Positions 46,423 to 56,282 of a stretch of 56,856 nucleotides of DNA are shown in pieces. The DNA comes from a bacterium (GTDB lineage Bacteria > Babelota > Babeliae > Babelales > Vermiphilaceae): contig JAUUXD010000001.1 of the NCBI GenBank assembly GCA_030588705.1, forward strand, positions 1-56,856. Reading direction: 5' to 3'. Both the position numbers and the translations under genes were made by a program. The notes under the pieces were generated by a model, which did not search any database, was not told the origin of the DNA, and was given only the letters and a program-made list of their open reading frames with translations. The stretch's first letter is position 1, and each line of letters starts with the position of its first letter.

Positions 46423-47043
46423 ATGAGCAGGAAAAAAGGCACATACACCGGATCGCTTGAGCTGATTTGCGGACCTATGTTTTCTGGAAAAACGGAAGAA
46501 TTAATTCGCAGGCTCCGGCGCGCTCAAATTGCCAAGCAAAAAGTTGCCATCTTCAAGCATGCGATCGATAACCGATATAACATCGAATGTGTTACCTCGC
46601 ACAACGGGGTTAAGCTAAACGCACACGCAATAGATAACAGCATTTTTATTGCCGAACAAACAGAACAAAACAATTATAAAGTGGTTGGTATTGATGAGGT
46701 GCAGTTTTTTTCAAACGATATCATTACCACTATCTGCGATCTCATTGACAACGGCACACGCGTAATCGCTGCCGGTTTTGATCTTGATTTTCGCGGCGTT
46801 CCCTTTGGCCCGATGCCAACGCTGCTTGCCATCGCTGATAAAGTAACCAAACTGCAGGCTATCTGCACCAGTTGCGGCGATGAAGCAATGTATACGCAAC
46901 GATTTACAAATAATAAACCCGCAAAGTACAACGAACCACTCATTCTGATCGGCGCGGAAGAAAGTTATACTGCTCGCTGCAGAGATTGCCACATGATTGA
47001 TAAACCAAGAAACTACACACAACACCTCCAACATCTGTCCTAA
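46423..47043 (+). CDS. tdk: Thymidine kinase
   Basis: The ATG at 46423 follows an AAAGGAG SD. GPMFSGKTEELIRR, GIDEVQFF and the C-terminal Zn motifs CTSCG and CRDCH are present. Confidence 0.9.
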   Translation: MSRKKGTYTGSLELICGPMFSGKTEELIRRLRRAQIAKQKVAIFKHAIDNRYNIECVTSHNGVKLNAHAIDNSIFIAEQTEQNNYKVVGIDEVQFFSNDIITTICDLIDNGTRVIAAGFDLDFRGVPFGPMPTLLAIADKVTKLQAICTSCGDEAMYTQRFTNNKPAKYNEPLILIGAEESYTARCRDCHMIDKPRNYTQHLQHLS

Positions 47044-47049
47044 ACGTCT

Positions 47050-48405
47050 ATGAGCAAACAGAAAATAAGCTACGCATGCACCTCCTGCAAACACACGAGC
47101 ATCAAATGGCTTGGCTGCTGCCCTGAATGCAATGAATGGAATACGCTTGTGGAACAAGCGGCTCCTACGCACACCACGCCGGGCGCACGAAAATCAAGCA
47201 GTGCGGGTGCACCCATCATCATGCAACCCTGCTCATCAATCACGCACAAACCACAACCACGCATGCTCTCTGGCGTGCAAGAGTGGGATCGGGTGCTTGG
47301 TGGCGGCATCATGCCAAGCTCGCTGCTTGTGCTCACGGGTGATCCGGGCATTGGAAAATCAACATTGCTTTTACAAGTATGCAACGCACTTGCAAAACAG
47401 TATCGCACCTTTTATTTCTCCACGGAGGAGTCGATTCATCAAGTGAAACAACGGGCAGAACGGCTCTCTTGCACACAGGATAATTTGCTGTTTTCTGACA
47501 ACGCAGATCTCATCGCCATTCTCGCTACAGCCGAACAAGAAAAACCAGACGTGATGGTGATTGATTCGATTCAAAACTGCTACATTCCCGGATCGCAAAG
47601 TTTGCCCGGCAGCGTGGGACAACTGCGCGAATCCACGTTCCAGCTCATGCGCCTCGCAAAAGAGCAGGGAATCACCATTATCATCAGCGGACACATCACG
47701 AAAGAAGGAGTGATTGCCGGCCCTAAAATGCTTGAGCATATGGTAGATGGCGTATTTTATTTACAAGGAGAGGATCGATTTCAAACCCGTATTCTGCGCG
47801 CAGTAAAAAATCGTTTCGGCACGATCAACGAACTCGGTTTTTTTGAGATGCATGAGAATGGCCTGCAGGAAGTAACCAACATAAACGCGCATTTACTTGA
47901 AGATATCTCCAATCAAACCGGATCAGCACTCATCAGCGTGATCGAAGGATCCCGCCCGCTACTACTCGAACTACAAGCACTCACGATTGAATCAAAACTT
48001 GGATTTCCCCAACGAGTGGTTTCCGGCATTGATCAAAAGCAGGTGGTGCTCATTGCGGCAATTCTAGAGAAATATCTGCGTATCAAACTAAGCACGCACG
48101 ATATTTTCTTCAAAGTGAGTGGCGGATTTAAAATCAAGGGAAGCAACATCGATCTTGGTATCGCCCTCGCCCTGCTTTCAAGCTACTTTCAGAAACCGCT
48201 TCCTGATCAAACAATCGTGCTCGGAGAGATCAGCCTCACCGGCCAGATCAAGCCAATCAATCAGATCAGCCTTTTTGCCCGCGAAGCCGCAAAGTTCAAC
48301 ATGAAGAACTTGTTTATAGCCAAGAACCAAAAGATGGAGAAATCGCTCTGCAAGACTACCCGATTTGGGCATGTGTATGAACTTCTAACGCTGTTTCCTT
48401 CGTAG
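47050..48405 (+). CDS. radA: DNA repair protein RadA
   Basis: 451 aa with the Zn finger CTSCKH...CPECNEW, Walker A GDPGIGKSTLLLQ, the KNRFG motif and a Lon-like C-terminal domain. Confidence 0.95.
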   Translation: MSKQKISYACTSCKHTSIKWLGCCPECNEWNTLVEQAAPTHTTPGARKSSSAGAPIIMQPCSSITHKPQPRMLSGVQEWDRVLGGGIMPSSLLVLTGDPGIGKSTLLLQVCNALAKQYRTFYFSTEESIHQVKQRAERLSCTQDNLLFSDNADLIAILATAEQEKPDVMVIDSIQNCYIPGSQSLPGSVGQLRESTFQLMRLAKEQGITIIISGHITKEGVIAGPKMLEHMVDGVFYLQGEDRFQTRILRAVKNRFGTINELGFFEMHENGLQEVTNINAHLLEDISNQTGSALISVIEGSRPLLLELQALTIESKLGFPQRVVSGIDQKQVVLIAAILEKYLRIKLSTHDIFFKVSGGFKIKGSNIDLGIALALLSSYFQKPLPDQTIVLGEISLTGQIKPINQISLFAREAAKFNMKNLFIAKNQKMEKSLCKTTRFGHVYELLTLFPS

Positions 48406-48407
48406 CA

Positions 48408-49577
48408 TTACGCCGTAATTCGTAATCGCTTCAAGATCTTATTCACCATAATCACCAGCGCACCATCGCCCATCACGTTCGCAGCCGTGCCGAATGGATC
48501 GAGCAGGAAATAAAGCGTGGTTATAATGCTTATCATCTGCGGTGTAAAACCAAGTTGGGAAACTAATATGGGAATCATCACCAAAATACCGCCACCGGGA
48601 ATACCGGATACGGCAAACATCGTGGTACAGAAATAAAAGACAAATACTGCGTACTGCATAAGTCCTGGCAACGTCCCTGTAAACACAAGCATTGTCACCA
48701 TCGCCAAAATCGGTGTACCAATACTATCGCCCAATAAATGCACGTTCGCCATAATCGGCATTGCCATGGAAGGCAAGCCAGTGGTTCCCGTATTCTCTTC
48801 GGCCGCTTTAATAGAGACCGGCACCGTTGCGGTGCTAGACATCGTACTAAACGCCGTGAGATAAGATGGCAATGCATTCTTGATTGCCGCAAACGCACGA
48901 GAAACGGAAAATCCTGACGCAAGCAAATACATAAACAGAAGATAGAGAATCTGCATCGATAGAATGAGGACAACGGCACCGCCGTACTGAGCCAATAGGC
49001 AGGAGAGCAAACCCTCATGATAAATTTTTAACAGAAATCCAAGCACATAGAGCGGCAGCAACGGAATAAATCCATACATAAGCGCCTTCTCAATCCAGCT
49101 CTTTACCTGGTTGATTATGGAAACCACCCGAGGAACACGCACAACAGAAAAGAATATGCCCAACGAAATAGCTGCAAGCAACGCATGAATCGCACTCACC
49201 GGCACCGGAATAGAGAACGGAAGAAGCGAGTCGATCGTAGCGGTTGGTGAAAGGATTATATCGGGGCGCTCACAGGAAACAAACGGAGAAAAAAGAGACA
49301 TCGTCCCGTAGCTCACCAGCGCCACAATCGCATTTGAAAAAAAGATGGTACCCAGCAAGACTGCCAGCACCAGCGGCGCATTCCGTTGAAACGAAAGAAT
49401 GCCGGCCATCACAAAAAAGAACACCATGAAGGGAAGAATTAGGCCTAGGAGCTCTTTGAATAGCACGCTAAACGTGTAACTGACTTGCACAAACTGCATA
49501 GGAATAAAATTACCCAGCAGCACAACACCAACAATCACCACAATGAGTTGCAACGGCAACGAAATCTTTAACTTCAT
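48408..49577 (-). CDS. Dicarboxylate/amino acid:cation symporter family transporter (SLC1/DAACS)
   Basis: 389 aa and polytopic. It has an HP1-like MSSTATVP and NVMGDGALV near the C-terminus. It is convergent with radA, with a 2-nt gap. Confidence 0.8.
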   Translation of the reverse strand: MKLKISLPLQLIVVIVGVVLLGNFIPMQFVQVSYTFSVLFKELLGLILPFMVFFFVMAGILSFQRNAPLVLAVLLGTIFFSNAIVALVSYGTMSLFSPFVSCERPDIILSPTATIDSLLPFSIPVPVSAIHALLAAISLGIFFSVVRVPRVVSIINQVKSWIEKALMYGFIPLLPLYVLGFLLKIYHEGLLSCLLAQYGGAVVLILSMQILYLLFMYLLASGFSVSRAFAAIKNALPSYLTAFSTMSSTATVPVSIKAAEENTGTTGLPSMAMPIMANVHLLGDSIGTPILAMVTMLVFTGTLPGLMQYAVFVFYFCTTMFAVSGIPGGGILVMIPILVSQLGFTPQMISIITTLYFLLDPFGTAANVMGDGALVIMVNKILKRLRITA

Positions 49578-49680
49578 AAAACATGCCTAATGTAGGGGAT
49601 TATTTGATATTTTTCTCGTTCATTATACCCTAAACGGAAGAAATAGTAACGCCCTACACCTGTAACCAAAGGAACAGTCC

Positions 49681-52600
49681 ATGAAAACGATCACCAAATC
49701 ACCTTATTTTTGGGCACTATTTGCTGTAGCATCCTGCGCTGCTGCGTTTCTTTCCTATCGTTATTTTCCTCGCGCATTTCCCATCATTCATCTGAATATA
49801 CAAATGGATCGTTCTGAAGCGGTCAAACAAGCGCAACAGATCACAAACAAGTTTAAACTCGGCCCCAATAATGCGCGGCATGCTACTGCATTTATCACCG
49901 ACGACCCGGTAAAAACATTCATTGAGTTGGAAGCCGGCGGTAAAGAGGAGGTAGTGGCAATGATGGAACAAAACCTTTATCAGATCTACACCTGGCAAGT
50001 GCGCCAATTTAAACCATTTGAACAAAATGAAATAACGGTCCGTTTCACTCCCGAAGGCACGCCTTATGGATTTCAAGAAAAAATATCTGAAAACGAATCT
50101 GGCACAAACGTAGGGGAATCAAAAGCACAAAATGTCGCCACCTCGTTTGCACAAGCAGCCCCGTGGAACATCGATTTCGAGCAATACAAATTAGTGGAAG
50201 CATCACAAGAAAAAAAAGCGAGTGGCCGCATCGATCACACAATTATGTATGAACGAAAAGATGAAAAGATTGGTGAAGGATTTTATCGACTCAAGATAGT
50301 CGTCAGCGGTGATAACGTTTCTGAACTCACTCATTCGGTGAAAGTTCCTGATGCGTTTATCCGCCGTTATCAAGAGATGCGATCCGCAAATGAAACAATC
50401 GCCCATGCGGCTAACCTGATTATGATGCTCTTATATATGCTCGGCGGCTTGTTGATCGGCTTGCTCTTTCTATTTCGAAAACGATGGGTTATATGGCGAC
50501 CAGCATTTTCCTGGGCACTCCTTATTGCCCTGCTCTCCAGCGCAACAATCGTCAATAAACTCCCCCTCTATTGGATGGGATATAACACTGCCTTATCACC
50601 GTACGCGTTTATCATGCAGCTCGTTATTATGATCATCTCAAGCTTTATATTTTCAACCATTCTTTTTTCCGCCGTGTTCATGGGCGCAGAAAGTTTAACT
50701 CGACGCGCTTTTGGCAATCAGCTGCAGCTCTGGCACGTTTTTCAACCATCAGTGGCAAGCTCCTACACCATCCTTGGCTACACAATATCAGCATATCTTT
50801 TGGTTCCCTTCTCGCTTGCCTACGTCGTACTGTTTTATCTGTTTACTTCTCATTATCTGAACTGGTGGACTCCCTCATCCGCCCTCTTTGATCCAAACAT
50901 TTTGGCATCCTATTTCCCGTGGCTCGATTCGATTGCCATCTCACTGCAGGCAGGTTTTTATGAGGAGTGTTTATTCCGCGCCGTTCCTTTAGCCTCCGCT
51001 GCACTTCTGGGTAACCGTTACGGCAAACGGAATTGGTGGATCGCCGGTGCATTTATTCTGCAAGCAATTGTGTTTGGTGCTGCTCATGCGAACTACCCTG
51101 CCCAGCCTGCCTATGCACGTTTGGTAGAGCTCCTTGTATTCTCATCCGTGTTTGGAGCAATTTATCTGAAATTTGGCCTCTTGATTGCGGCAACTTCCCA
51201 CTTTGCCTACGATGTGTTTTGGTTTGCACTCCCGCTCTTTATATCCACCGCATCCTACGCATGGATTAATAAAATTGCGGTAATTGCATTAGCCGGCATA
51301 CCACTCTGGATTGTGGGTATATTGCGCATTAAAAGGGGTGCTTGGCTCACTATTCCCGCATCGTTCTATAATCGTGCATGGCGTCCCGCAGGAGAAAAGG
51401 AAATCACACAGGAATCCTCCTTCGCTAAAGCTACGGCGGACAGGCCTAGTATCCATGCGCGCACGTTGCATGCTTTTGTGATCGCCGGAATCATCGGCCT
51501 CGTTGGATGGACAGTCACCACACGGTTTCGAGCAGAGACCCCTTCGTTTACCGTAGGCAGGGCATCTGTTGCACACATTGCCCCACAAACATTGCAAGAA
51601 AAACAGATTGATCTAAAAAAATGGTATCAAATAGTGTATGCAATTACACAACTTGAACGATATCCTGATCCCATTAAACGGCATCGATTTATTTGGCAAA
51701 AAGGAGGCAAAGAGCTCTATCGCGAGTTTATTAACTCCTATCTTTCACCACAACTATTCGTAGCACGTTTTGTAACGTGGGACGGCAGCGTAACAGAGCG
51801 TTCAGAGGAGCATCATCTCTATTTTATGCCAAACGGTTCTTTCAGACGGTATACACACAAAATTCCTGAAGCCACACCGGGGGCATCACTTTCTAAAAAA
51901 GGGGCCAAAGAAAAAGCGCTCGCGATGATTGCCCAACAATTTAATCGCACGAAAGATCAACTTAAGGAGGTTTCAGCGGTTGCCACAAAACAACCAGAAC
52001 GATTGGATTGGAAGGTAACCTACGCAAGCACCACTGATTACCCACTTGATGAGGGTGAAGCACGCTTGGAAGTCTCTATTGCAGGAGATGAAGTAGTGGG
52101 TGCGTATCAATACATCCACGTTCCAGAACAATGGGAGCGTGCGTATGAGAATAAGCAGGCATTTTCAACTATCATCAATATGCTCTGCATGCTCATCATC
52201 TATATTCTGTTTCTTGCGTGCGCCTTTTTGTCATTTACCCGATGGAAGATTCACACAACACAGGCACTCATTTTCAACTTCGTTGGATTAAGCATCATCT
52301 TGCTGTTTGGGCTCTTTAACTATTGGCCATCGGTTATTGCCATGTTTAACACAAGCCAACCGTTTACCGACCAGCTGTTCCGCATCTTTAGTATCTCAAC
52401 GGTGATGACGGTGTTACAAGCAGCTCTGCTTGCTGTAATGATTAGTTTGGTTACCCAGGTGCGCTCAATCTATCGCGCACTCCCATCTTCTATGGCAACG
52501 GCCATCGGCATCAGTTTAGGTGCCGTCACTGCTGGATCGCTCGCCGTAATCACCTGGCTCATTCCATCCCTTTCGCCAACGTGGGCAAACTTTATGCCTC

Positions 52601-53049
52601 TCGGCTTTGCGTTTCCGGGTATCAGCGATATCAGTAGTCAACTTGTTCTCTATATCACCACTACGATTAATCTGATGCTCTTTATCGCCATAAGTGATCT
52701 GGCAACGAGTCACTGGAAACGATTACGGTTTGTGGGAGTAGGGATCTTTTTTGTAGCAGGATTTGTGCGAGCTGGGCTCATCAGCTCTTACAACATCCCG
52801 CTTTTGATAGCAACCGGGCTGCTCGTATCGTTGATCTTAGTTTGCGGATACCTCTTTGCAATTCGTTTTGATTACTCGATTGTGCCGATTGCCACGGGAA
52901 CCTACGCTATCTTGCAGCTTATGCAGCAACTGATCTTTAATGCGTATCCCTATGCCATACTATCCAACATCGCAGCTATTGCTCTGATAACGGGCGTTTC
53001 ATGGTATTGGCATACACAGATGCGGAAGAATTCTTGTTATACGACTTAA
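49681..53049 (+). CDS. Large polytopic membrane protein with a CPBP (CAAX-protease-like) intramembrane protease core and internally duplicated architecture
   Basis: 1122 aa. The CPBP motifs are FYEECLFRAV (EExxxR), FGAAHANY (FxxxH) and SHFAYDVFW (HxxxD). The second half repeats the soluble-domain plus multi-TM layout without these motifs. Confidence 0.75.
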   Translation: MKTITKSPYFWALFAVASCAAAFLSYRYFPRAFPIIHLNIQMDRSEAVKQAQQITNKFKLGPNNARHATAFITDDPVKTFIELEAGGKEEVVAMMEQNLYQIYTWQVRQFKPFEQNEITVRFTPEGTPYGFQEKISENESGTNVGESKAQNVATSFAQAAPWNIDFEQYKLVEASQEKKASGRIDHTIMYERKDEKIGEGFYRLKIVVSGDNVSELTHSVKVPDAFIRRYQEMRSANETIAHAANLIMMLLYMLGGLLIGLLFLFRKRWVIWRPAFSWALLIALLSSATIVNKLPLYWMGYNTALSPYAFIMQLVIMIISSFIFSTILFSAVFMGAESLTRRAFGNQLQLWHVFQPSVASSYTILGYTISAYLLVPFSLAYVVLFYLFTSHYLNWWTPSSALFDPNILASYFPWLDSIAISLQAGFYEECLFRAVPLASAALLGNRYGKRNWWIAGAFILQAIVFGAAHANYPAQPAYARLVELLVFSSVFGAIYLKFGLLIAATSHFAYDVFWFALPLFISTASYAWINKIAVIALAGIPLWIVGILRIKRGAWLTIPASFYNRAWRPAGEKEITQESSFAKATADRPSIHARTLHAFVIAGIIGLVGWTVTTRFRAETPSFTVGRASVAHIAPQTLQEKQIDLKKWYQIVYAITQLERYPDPIKRHRFIWQKGGKELYREFINSYLSPQLFVARFVTWDGSVTERSEEHHLYFMPNGSFRRYTHKIPEATPGASLSKKGAKEKALAMIAQQFNRTKDQLKEVSAVATKQPERLDWKVTYASTTDYPLDEGEARLEVSIAGDEVVGAYQYIHVPEQWERAYENKQAFSTIINMLCMLIIYILFLACAFLSFTRWKIHTTQALIFNFVGLSIILLFGLFNYWPSVIAMFNTSQPFTDQLFRIFSISTVMTVLQAALLAVMISLVTQVRSIYRALPSSMATAIGISLGAVTAGSLAVITWLIPSLSPTWANFMPLGFAFPGISDISSQLVLYITTTINLMLFIAISDLATSHWKRLRFVGVGIFFVAGFVRAGLISSYNIPLLIATGLLVSLILVCGYLFAIRFDYSIVPIATGTYAILQLMQQLIFNAYPYAILSNIAAIALITGVSWYWHTQMRKNSCYTT
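51416..51448. repeat. Candidate in-frame copy of the GC-rich repeat family inside the CPBP gene
   Basis: The sequence is cctccttcgctaaagctacggcggacaggcc. It has 18 identities over 21 aligned columns with the left end of element B (38257-38280). It has 23 identities over 26 aligned columns with 3471-3497. It encodes SFAKATADRP. Confidence 0.4.
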
Positions 53050-53064
53050 AGACGAGTAAACCTT

Positions 53065-53391
53065 TTATTTTTTGGCCTTAAAAAAAGGGAGACAGCATCT
53101 GTGTAAGGATTTTTTTCGAGCTCTCCGTTCCTCACGATCTGCCATTCTCTGCTCTCGAGCCAACCTTGCTCCTCGCGATTCAGGCTGTCCTATCCCCTGT
53201 TCCCTCATAAGCTCTCTCCAACCTTTTCCCTTCTTGGGACTCTCATCAGCACCTGGACCAATAGTCCATCTTTCTGATCTTCTATCATCAAAAGAAACCG
53301 ACTCATCATCGCCGTCATAACTGTCGCTTGATTCTTCCATAGCAACAACCGTCAATACAAAAAGAGCAACCATAAGTAAAAACTTTTTCAT
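53065..53391 (-). CDS. Small secreted highly charged protein
   Basis: The likely start is MKKFLLMVALFVLTVVA at 53391, in an ATGA overlap with the upstream gene's stop. The body is Arg/Glu/Asp-rich and ends in HRCCLPFFKAKK. Confidence 0.45.
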   Translation of the reverse strand: MKKFLLMVALFVLTVVAMEESSDSYDGDDESVSFDDRRSERWTIGPGADESPKKGKGWRELMREQGIGQPESRGARLAREQRMADREERRARKKSLHRCCLPFFKAKK

Positions 53392-53888
53392 CAGGACTTG
53401 CTTTCTTGCTCCGTCACATGCACTTTGCGTGCCATACTTAATATGCCAGCAATCCTTTCCAGCTGCCCTTTCACGGAACATTGTATCTCCCCACCATCCT
53501 CCGCAAGCAATCCCCTCACCATCTCTTCGCGCTTGGAATCAGTATCACACTCTTGCCCTATCAGGAAGTCCACAACCATGTTTTTCGCCATCTTAGCAAT
53601 TAATGGCTCTGAGTCTTCAGCTATTTTTTTAAAAAGAGATTCATATTTGGTTGCCGGCGCATCACAATAATCCTTTGCAGCTTCTTGAAATTCTCCCCAA
53701 TTTTCTGCCAGTACCTCGCCTAAAAGGCGGTCCATATAAGGCAGACAAACATGCCGTTGGTTGCCCATTTCACTCATCTTATGCACCAGCCGCGCAATGG
53801 GCTCAGCATGCCCACGTCGTTGCTGATCTTCATCCATAGCCGCCAGCGGGAACACCAAAAGTGACAACGCTAGTAACAACTTTTTCAT
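53391..53888 (-). CDS. Secreted helical protein of unknown function
   Basis: The likely start is MKKLLLALSLLVFPLAA at 53888. The leader is similar to that of the downstream gene. Confidence 0.5.
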   Translation of the reverse strand: MKKLLLALSLLVFPLAAMDEDQQRRGHAEPIARLVHKMSEMGNQRHVCLPYMDRLLGEVLAENWGEFQEAAKDYCDAPATKYESLFKKIAEDSEPLIAKMAKNMVVDFLIGQECDTDSKREEMVRGLLAEDGGEIQCSVKGQLERIAGILSMARKVHVTEQESKS

Positions 53889-54012
53889 AACAGTTCCTTC
53901 CATTTACTATACGGGTAAAAAATATAAGAGTAATTATAGTAAAACAGGGGGAAAAGTCCATAACTTAAGGATCTTCAGCCAATCGGCCTACGCGTTCACA
54001 TCTGCCACACTA

Positions 54013-55911
54013 TTACTCCTCCTGGGCAATATGCTCCTGCATAATCTGTTCCCACTCATCATTCTTTTGCTCGAGATCCTGATCAATGGCCGTGAGCTTA
54101 GCTAAGAGTTTATCATACTCATGCGCCCCATAGGTGAGGCCCGAAAGGCGCTCTCCCATCGCATCACGCTTAGCTTCAAGCTTTTTTATCTGAGTCTCTA
54201 ATGCACCAAGCTGTTTCTTTAGCTGACGCCGCTGATTAGGATCTTTTTGCGTCTTCTTTTTTTGTGATTCAACACTCTTTCTTATTTGATCCTGCTGATG
54301 AGAAAGATGCGCTACTCGCTTGTGATACAGATATGATTCATAATCGCCATTATACAGATGTAGGCCATTCGGAGTTAACTCCAAAATAGTATCTGCAACA
54401 TGCTGCACAAAATCATGATCATGGCTCACAAAAAGAATCGTACCTTGATACCGCTGAAGCGCTTGTTGCAGCACATCTTTTGCATACAGATCTAAATGAT
54501 TAGTGGGCTCATCGAGTAGAAGCATGTTTGCATTTTGCAAAAGAACTTTCACCATGGCCACGCGATTTTTCTCTCCCCCACTCAGCTGCCAAATTTTCTT
54601 CTTGGCTTCATCACCTGAAAATAAAAATGATCCCAAAAAGGAACGTATGCGCTCTTCTGGAACCCGAGAACAGGCATCGAAAACTTCTTGCAACACCGTA
54701 TTATCTTTATTCATGACCCGTGTTTGATCTTGCTCGAAATAGGCAGTGGTCACGTTGTGCCCAAACGTTATAGATCCGTGCTGGAGCGGCAGCTTACCGG
54801 CAATGAGGTTGAACAGCGTTGTTTTCCCCATGCCATTGGGCGCAATCAGCGCAACTTTTTTGCCACGCATAATCGTGCAAGACATGTTTTGAAACAGTAC
54901 ATTGTCATCAAACGCATGGCTCACCTTCTGCACTGTTAACACCACATTTCCCGCACGCGTAACGGGAGCAAATGAAAAGGAAACCTGCGGCAACGTTGGT
55001 TCAACTTCTATGCGCTCCATGTTATCAAGTTCCCTACTCATGCTACGCACCATGGCTGCCTTAGAAGCCTTAGATCGGAATCGCTCAATCGTTTTTTTCT
55101 TACGCGCAATCTCCTTTTGCTGTTGAGCATAGGCCGCTAATAATCGCGCTTGCCTCTCTTCTTTTTGCACGAGATAGGAGGCAAAATTTCCTTTATAGGT
55201 GGTGGCAACACCTCGCTCAATCTCAATAATTTTTTCGCATGCCTTTTCCAGAAAATATCGATCATGGCTCACCAGCAAATACCCAAACGAAGCCTCTTTT
55301 AATAATGATAAAAACCACTCTTTGGCCGGCAAATCTAAATGGTTAGTGGGTTCATCAAAGAGGTAAAAATCTGCGTCTTGCAATAACAACTTTGCAAGCA
55401 CCACGCGCATTTTCCAACCAACGCTCAACGAATCAACCGATTGATTACGTTGTTTTTCTGAAAAACCAAGCCCGCGTAAAATGCCGTCCGCTTTCGTTTT
55501 CGCTGCCGTTGCATCGAAATGCATAAGCTGTTCTTGCATGTCACTATACCGCTCAACTAATTGATGCGCTATAGCATCATCAGCACCCGCAGACAGCTCG
55601 TCTTCAATAGTTTGCGCTTCAGCTTGCAGTTGCAAAAATTCAGCAAAAACGGTCATCGTTTCATCAAACACCGATTTACTCGAACACAAAATAAGCTCTT
55701 GTGGCAAATACCCAATCTTCTTTTTCTTGTCGTACGTCACCGACCCGCCATCCAAATACTGCTGCCCAGCAATCACTTTTAGCAACGTTGATTTACCAGA
55801 ACCATTGCGCCCCAAGAGACCAATCTTCTCATCATAATCAATTACAATACGCAGATTATCAAACAGCGTACGATCTTTAAAGGAGAGGGAAATGTTGTTT
55901 AGTATAAGCAT
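54013..55911 (-). CDS. ABC-F family ATPase (Uup/YheS-like translation factor type)
   Basis: The start is MLILNNISLSF at 55911; the track's 55971 start is a spurious extension. There are two cassettes (GRNGSGKSTLLK with LSVGWKMRV, and APNGMGKTTLFN with LSGGEKNRV), no TM domain, and a C-terminal coiled coil. Confidence 0.9.
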   Translation of the reverse strand: MLILNNISLSFKDRTLFDNLRIVIDYDEKIGLLGRNGSGKSTLLKVIAGQQYLDGGSVTYDKKKKIGYLPQELILCSSKSVFDETMTVFAEFLQLQAEAQTIEDELSAGADDAIAHQLVERYSDMQEQLMHFDATAAKTKADGILRGLGFSEKQRNQSVDSLSVGWKMRVVLAKLLLQDADFYLFDEPTNHLDLPAKEWFLSLLKEASFGYLLVSHDRYFLEKACEKIIEIERGVATTYKGNFASYLVQKEERQARLLAAYAQQQKEIARKKKTIERFRSKASKAAMVRSMSRELDNMERIEVEPTLPQVSFSFAPVTRAGNVVLTVQKVSHAFDDNVLFQNMSCTIMRGKKVALIAPNGMGKTTLFNLIAGKLPLQHGSITFGHNVTTAYFEQDQTRVMNKDNTVLQEVFDACSRVPEERIRSFLGSFLFSGDEAKKKIWQLSGGEKNRVAMVKVLLQNANMLLLDEPTNHLDLYAKDVLQQALQRYQGTILFVSHDHDFVQHVADTILELTPNGLHLYNGDYESYLYHKRVAHLSHQQDQIRKSVESQKKKTQKDPNQRRQLKKQLGALETQIKKLEAKRDAMGERLSGLTYGAHEYDKLLAKLTAIDQDLEQKNDEWEQIMQEHIAQEE

Positions 55912-56007
55912 AATCAGACAACGGTAGAAGATGACAAAACAATGATAACCAATTAACCAATAATACCACAATTATGCGTTATAATCGACTCTTTGAAGCA
56001 ATAAAAA

Positions 56008-56030
56008 AGCCCCGACTATTAATCGGGGCT
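56008..56030 (-). terminator. rRNA operon terminator (bidirectional hairpin)
   Basis: An 8-bp stem, agccccga with tcggggct, has a 7-nt loop and is flanked by A6 and T7, 16 nt downstream of the 5S 3' end. Confidence 0.65.
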
Positions 56031-56045
56031 TTTTTTATAATTAAT

Positions 56046-56159
56046 CCTGGCACTACCTACTTTCCCAGGCCGTCGCCAGCCAAGTATCATCGGCGCTGTG
56101 GACTTCACTGCCGTATTCGGAATGGGAACGGGTGTTTCCCCACAGCTATCCGCACCAGA
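56046..56159 (-). rRNA. rrf: 5S ribosomal RNA
   Basis: The minus strand reads TCTGGTGCGGATAGCTGTGGGGAAACACCCGTTCCCATTCCGAATACGGCAGTGAAGTCCACAGCGCCGATGATACTTGGC...GGTAGTGCCAGG. Helix I pairing and the CCGAA(T/C)AC motif are present. Confidence 0.9.
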
Positions 56160-56282
56160 AATTTTTGATTCTCTCGAGGAGAAAAATCTTTAAAAGATCT
56201 GTTCACTTATGATCTTTGAAATATTGGTAAGTTATATCTTAACAAAAAACTTTGCATCGCTTAATGCACCGAATAATTTAAA

